Shown here: in pieces, positions 62,701 to 64,000 of the stretch
How the letters are laid out: each line of letters begins with the position of its first letter
How positions within the stretch are numbered: the stretch's first letter is position 1
NCBI GenBank assembly: GCA_964635715.1
Contig: CAZWNZ010000001.1
Span: 248,122 to 312,121 of the forward strand
Direction: 5' to 3'
Source: an uncultured Gammaproteobacteria bacterium
Lineage (GTDB): Bacteria; Patescibacteriota; Microgenomatia; UBA8517
Length of the DNA stretch: 64,000 nucleotides
Made by a program: the position numbers and the translations under genes
The notes under the pieces: model-generated
Database searches by the model: none
The model's input: only the letters and a program-made list of their open reading frames with translations
What the model was told of the DNA's origin: nothing

Positions 62701-63286
62701 CGGAAATACTTTTACATTTAACCCCGCAAGCGGTCCAACCTATGCAGGTGCAGCCAGACCTGACAGACGGGAAGAATTGATTCCCGAATTCCCCGGAGCT
62801 GTTTTAACCGGTAGTGGAACAGGTACTATGACATCTGATTTCTGTGCAGCATCAGCGGGTGTTGGTGGACTTACCGCAACCAATACTACGGTTTGTAACA
62901 CCTCAGGAGACACACACAATTATTATAATTGGACAACTTCTCAAGGGACTGCTCAAACATATTCAATCTATTTGAAATGGAGAATCCCGGATAATTTCTC
63001 GGCATGGGATGCCAGTAATTCAGTTCAAGCGTATGCTAAAAGGAGTGACGCCACAAATGGGCATGTAAATATAAAAGTTTACGATACTGCAAATGCTCTA
63101 AATAATTCCGGCGGAACTGAAGTTGCAGGAACTGCAAATACCTGGGTGCAAAATGGAATTAATATATCCGGCGGTACTTGGACAGCCGGTAGCTACATGA
63201 CTATCCAGATAGATATTACGGCAGCTGCAAGTGGTGGAGTGACGGATGTGGGGGAAATCAATCTTAATTATTTCACTACGAACTAG
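53786..63286 (+). CDS. giant (3166 aa) Ser/Thr/Gly-rich membrane-anchored protein with phage tail-fibre-like repeats
   Basis: N-terminal TM helix; recurring LGTMSTQNANNVSITGG, VTLGKMANLAANSIIGN, WGAITGTLSDQTDL and LTGNASTAT-type modules. Confidence 0.9.
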   Translation: MAGKKEKYQAGITPLLVLITVATSSILVFTGGLTFNNLKNKGILNFTDPTLRNIISQQADYLDSSKLNKSRIEGGLVGTVLLPDGSYSAYKILDGNIESKGSKFTGEVRISFFSDDVGLSNYTDGNINPFYLMDGTKTVGVIVDRMLANLNDGDTSHAIKILKGTVKNNSLTGEFVAQTLDTGYYIGGFVEDDGRITSATVLTGAPRLTEAQISIAENALSVLPLFKNVTADLATPSDANILGESTIATSKSDLGKLNKPVFNKKTGTWTFVGSGDGGAVSTSAMQGVVNYIQNIAETISTSPSAGQVVQQIVQNVVQGISEIKSANSKLTVSTENNVSTLSLDLSGITASGVNDGSVNPSGLVHSNTPIDGQCLTYNSSTGGFTWSSCGSGGGGTITDVIAGDGLVGGGTTGSIDLAINPQTGGGLEAATSGISLNRECADGEILKWTESTSSWDCAADNGGVGGGVSTLQVDDSTIVSSATVIDFLGSDFDLTNSPTGEGNLSIDYTNSKIVRSDQNQSINGTWTFSTAPVISTISNTGVLTLPTSTDTLVGRNTSDILTNKTITAGSNTISGLTASNLTAGDFSTKINSGTYSINISGNAGTVTNGIYTTGSYSNPSWITSLSPAKVLPDQTGNNGKVLSTNGSALSWITDSSGVAWGAITGTLSDQTDLNTALSGKLSTTGSAANLTNFPTFNQNTTGTASNITGVLGAISFPALDGDVTTIQGDLTTTIASGAVTLGKMSSLAANSIIGNNTGSSATPVALTTTQVKSLLSIANTDVSGLGTMSTQNANNISITGGSISGLSSVGATTFTGALTGNASSATTATTATTANALANSDSAGQSAITAINSATAGTLNTARLNSSVTTQGNTFNGVSQLVKLDTSGYLPTINGSLLTGLAKSQVGLSLVENTALSTWAGTTNVNTIADKTVTLARMADMATASFLGRNTAGTGSPEVLSISTAKSILSLSTGDISGLGTMATQNSNNVSISGGSLSGLTSVASTTFTGALTGNASTVTNGVYTNGSYSDPSWITAISPTKVLPDQTGQNGKVLSTNGSTLSWITNSSGVAWGAITGTLSDQTDLNTALSGKLSTTGSAANLTNFPTFNQNTTGTAAGLSSVLVSTMGGSGVNNAGTLTWGAGGTLGTAAYTASTDYATSAQGTLATNALPSASFTDAAVTGKLLTGYISGAGSVSATDTILQAIQKLNGNDATNANLTGVVTSIGNATSIADGAITNAMLANGAVANLSGTNTGDNAVNSNYASDYRAANFVAGTNYLTPTGSAASLTNFPILNQDTTGNAGTVTNGVYTSGSYSDPSWITSLSPTKVLPDQTGQNGKVLSTNGSTLSWITNSSGVAWGAITGTLSDQTDLNTALSGKLGTGLTSANVFVGNGSGVATGVSMSGDVTIDNTGATTIGNSKVTLGKIASIANNTILGNRSGSAAAPSELSASDVKSILSLSTSDISGLGSMATQNANSVSISGGSLSGLTSVAATTFTGALTGNASTVTGLSVTSGKTLTVQKSMTLTSADDTGVYTFPTGTATLLSTTGSAASLTDFPTFNQNTTGTAANITGVLGASSFPAMSGDVTNTQGSLTTAITSGAVTLGKMANLAANSIIGNNTGSPATPVALTNTQVKTLLSIANTDVSGLGTMSTQNSNNVSITGGSLSGLTSVSATTFTGDLTGNAGTVTNGVYTNGSYSDPSWITALSPTKVLPDQTGQNGKVLGTDGSNLSWVTNSSGVAWGAITGTLSDQTDLNTALGLKANTSSLGTISSQNANAVNVTGGTIAGLTGFSIRSSGSGAFDLTINNTENLTAGRALTITTGDAARTLTLTGDSSISGTNTGDNAVNSNYASDYRAANFVAGTDYLAPSGSAASLTNFPTFNQNTTGTASNITGVLGATSFPALDGDVTTIQGDLTTTIANGAVTLGKMANLAANSIIGNNTGDPATPIALTATQVKSLLSIANTDISGLGTMSTQNSNNVSISGGSLSGLTSVSATTFTGALTGNASSATTATTATTANALANTDSAGQSAITAINSATSGTINASRIASLPYISTTLNSGNVLVGNGSNVATGVSMSGDVTIDNTGATSIGNGKVTLGKIANIANSTILGNNSGSAGAPIALTASQVKSVLGISTGDVSGLGTMAAQNSNSVSISGGSISGVTVGGTATGLSISGSSNTLSNIGNSSLTNSSVTINTSGILSGGGSLSLGGTLNLSATEADTLSAVTNRGASTSDGITLSSASPLTLSDSAPVLTLGTGDAEGVLTIKDSNGTPHTLLTLTDIGTTGNLSVTGTLNGATITGGSLSATAVNGVTTGNIVLTSGSYSNPSWISGLTASHLTAGDFSSKINSGTYSIDISGNASTATTATSATSATSATSADSVTGLSVTAGKTLTVQKSMTFTSADDTGVYTLPTGTKTLVSTDVSTLSSLTSIGTLTDLTVTNAITGSVTGNAGTVTNGIYTTGSYSNPSWITSLSPAKVLPDQTGQNGKVLGTDGSNLSWVTNSSGVAWGAITGTLSDQSDLNTALSGKLSTSLTSANIFVGNGSGVATGVAMSGDITIDNTGATTIGNSKITLGKIANIADGTILGNNSGSSGAPIALTASQVKSLLSIANTDVSGLGTMSTQNANNVSITGGSMSGLTSVSATTFTGALTGNASSATTATTATTATTANALANTDSAGQSAITAINSATTGTINAARIASLPYISTSLASANIIVGNGSGVATGVAMSGDITIDNTGATTIGNSKVTLGKIADMATASFIGRNTTGTGAPEVLSASTAKSILAIANTDVSGLGTMSTQNANSVSISGGSIGGVTIGGTASGLTLAAGSNTLSGITASNMTAGDFSGVVNTGSYSINVSGSAGSVTGLSVTGGKTLTVQKSMTFTSADDTGVYTLPTGTKTLVSTDVSTLSSLTSVGTLSTLGVSGAISGATSTNTINGIIINSGAVSGVTTLGASSTVTIGSGGNTFTFNPASGPTYAGAARPDRREELIPEFPGAVLTGSGTGTMTSDFCAASAGVGGLTATNTTVCNTSGDTHNYYNWTTSQGTAQTYSIYLKWRIPDNFSAWDASNSVQAYAKRSDATNGHVNIKVYDTANALNNSGGTEVAGTANTWVQNGINISGGTWTAGSYMTIQIDITAAASGGVTDVGEINLNYFTTN

Positions 63287-63317
63287 CGGGAATAACTTAA
63301 GGTATTGAAAATAAAAT

Positions 63318-64000
63318 ATGTTCATTAATTCGGCCAAAATTCGATTAAAAAAAAGATCCAAAAGGATTATAAAAAGTTTGGCTGTTTTTCTTCTGGTTGC
63401 TTCCTGGCTTTTGACAGGATACCCCGGTTTTTGGCTGAGTCCGGTAAGGGCCGCAACCACTACGGTTTTCTTGACAACGGCAGATTCTTCCCCTTGGACA
63501 GTTCCCAACAACTGGGGAGGAATGGTATCAATTGAGGTAATTGGAGGGGGGCAAGGCGGAACTAAAGGTGTACAAGGAGGCAATGGAGGAGTGGGAGGAG
63601 ATGGCGGGGGCTACGCAAAAATAACATCGGGAATTACTACAACAGCAGGAAGTACGATTTCTTTTCAAGTAGGTACAGGGGGGAGTGGTGGCTCGTCTCC
63701 CGGCAATGGTGGTGATACTTGGTTTAGTTCGACATCGACTGTTTTGGCGAACGGAGGGGGAAGCTCTACCTCGAGGGTCGGGTCGGTAACTTATGCGGGT
63801 GGAGCTGGGGGAACAGCTTCCTACAAGGGAGGCGGAGGTGGAGGTGGGGCTGCTGGTCCGATTAAAACAACAACGGGTATCGGTAAAGATGGGGGAGACT
63901 CTCTATCAAGTGCTTTAGGTGGCGGCGGCGGAGGCGGAGCGGAGGGAGATAGTGCTACTGCCGGCGGTACCACAATTGACTCATCTTTTGGATCGGGCGG
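63318..64000 (+). CDS. secreted glycine-rich protein, 3'-truncated by the window edge
   Basis: signal peptide, then WTVP...IEVIGGGQGG...GGDGGGY...VGTGGSGG...GGDTWF; no stop in the window. Confidence 0.85.
   Translation, partial: MFINSAKIRLKKRSKRIIKSLAVFLLVASWLLTGYPGFWLSPVRAATTTVFLTTADSSPWTVPNNWGGMVSIEVIGGGQGGTKGVQGGNGGVGGDGGGYAKITSGITTTAGSTISFQVGTGGSGGSSPGNGGDTWFSSTSTVLANGGGSSTSRVGSVTYAGGAGGTASYKGGGGGGGAAGPIKTTTGIGKDGGDSLSSALGGGGGGGAEGDSATAGGTTIDSSFGSG

Noticed and set aside
54570-63583. Antisense and alternate-frame ORFs over the giant gene, including the 374-aa ORF at 59659-60783
   Set aside because: Shadow frames from repetitive Ser/Thr/Gly codons; similar shadows over other genes were ignored
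53786-64000. Prophage
   Set aside because: No terminase, portal, capsid or integrase; both proteins have TM or signal peptides

Overview
A 64-kb window from a Patescibacteria (CPR) genome. The divergent 16S, short helix 44 and CPR-typical genes suggest Microgenomates; TGA is used as a stop, so code 11. The rRNA locus keeps the order 16S - tRNA-Ile - tRNA-Ala - 23S - 5S, but about 7.4 kb of protein genes and separate promoters lie between 16S and 23S. Also present: rpsA, radA, rho, a MacAB-like ABC exporter, two GT-C-like membrane proteins, a VirD4-like ATPase, a sortase with two candidate substrates, a LysM-M23 peptidase, many small promoter-ORF-terminator cassettes, a Cys-rich protein with a ParB-like tip and a 3166-aa tail-fibre-like adhesin. 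The most unusual signal is a dispersed set of short periodic (7-, 9- or 10-nt) repeat arrays, often forming hairpins. They form one homologous insertion in 16S and at two 23S sites, lie in-frame inside radA (three times), rpsA, the VirD4-like gene and others, and directly flank two four-helix-bundle (23S-IVS protein / Avd-like) genes. Separately, all three canonical tRNAs are followed by tRNA-3'-end mimics, one an armless Ala-like minihelix. A degenerate Ser-type tRNA with a UAA anticodon sits inside a long opposite-strand hairpin. All calls come from reading the sequence; no searches were run.
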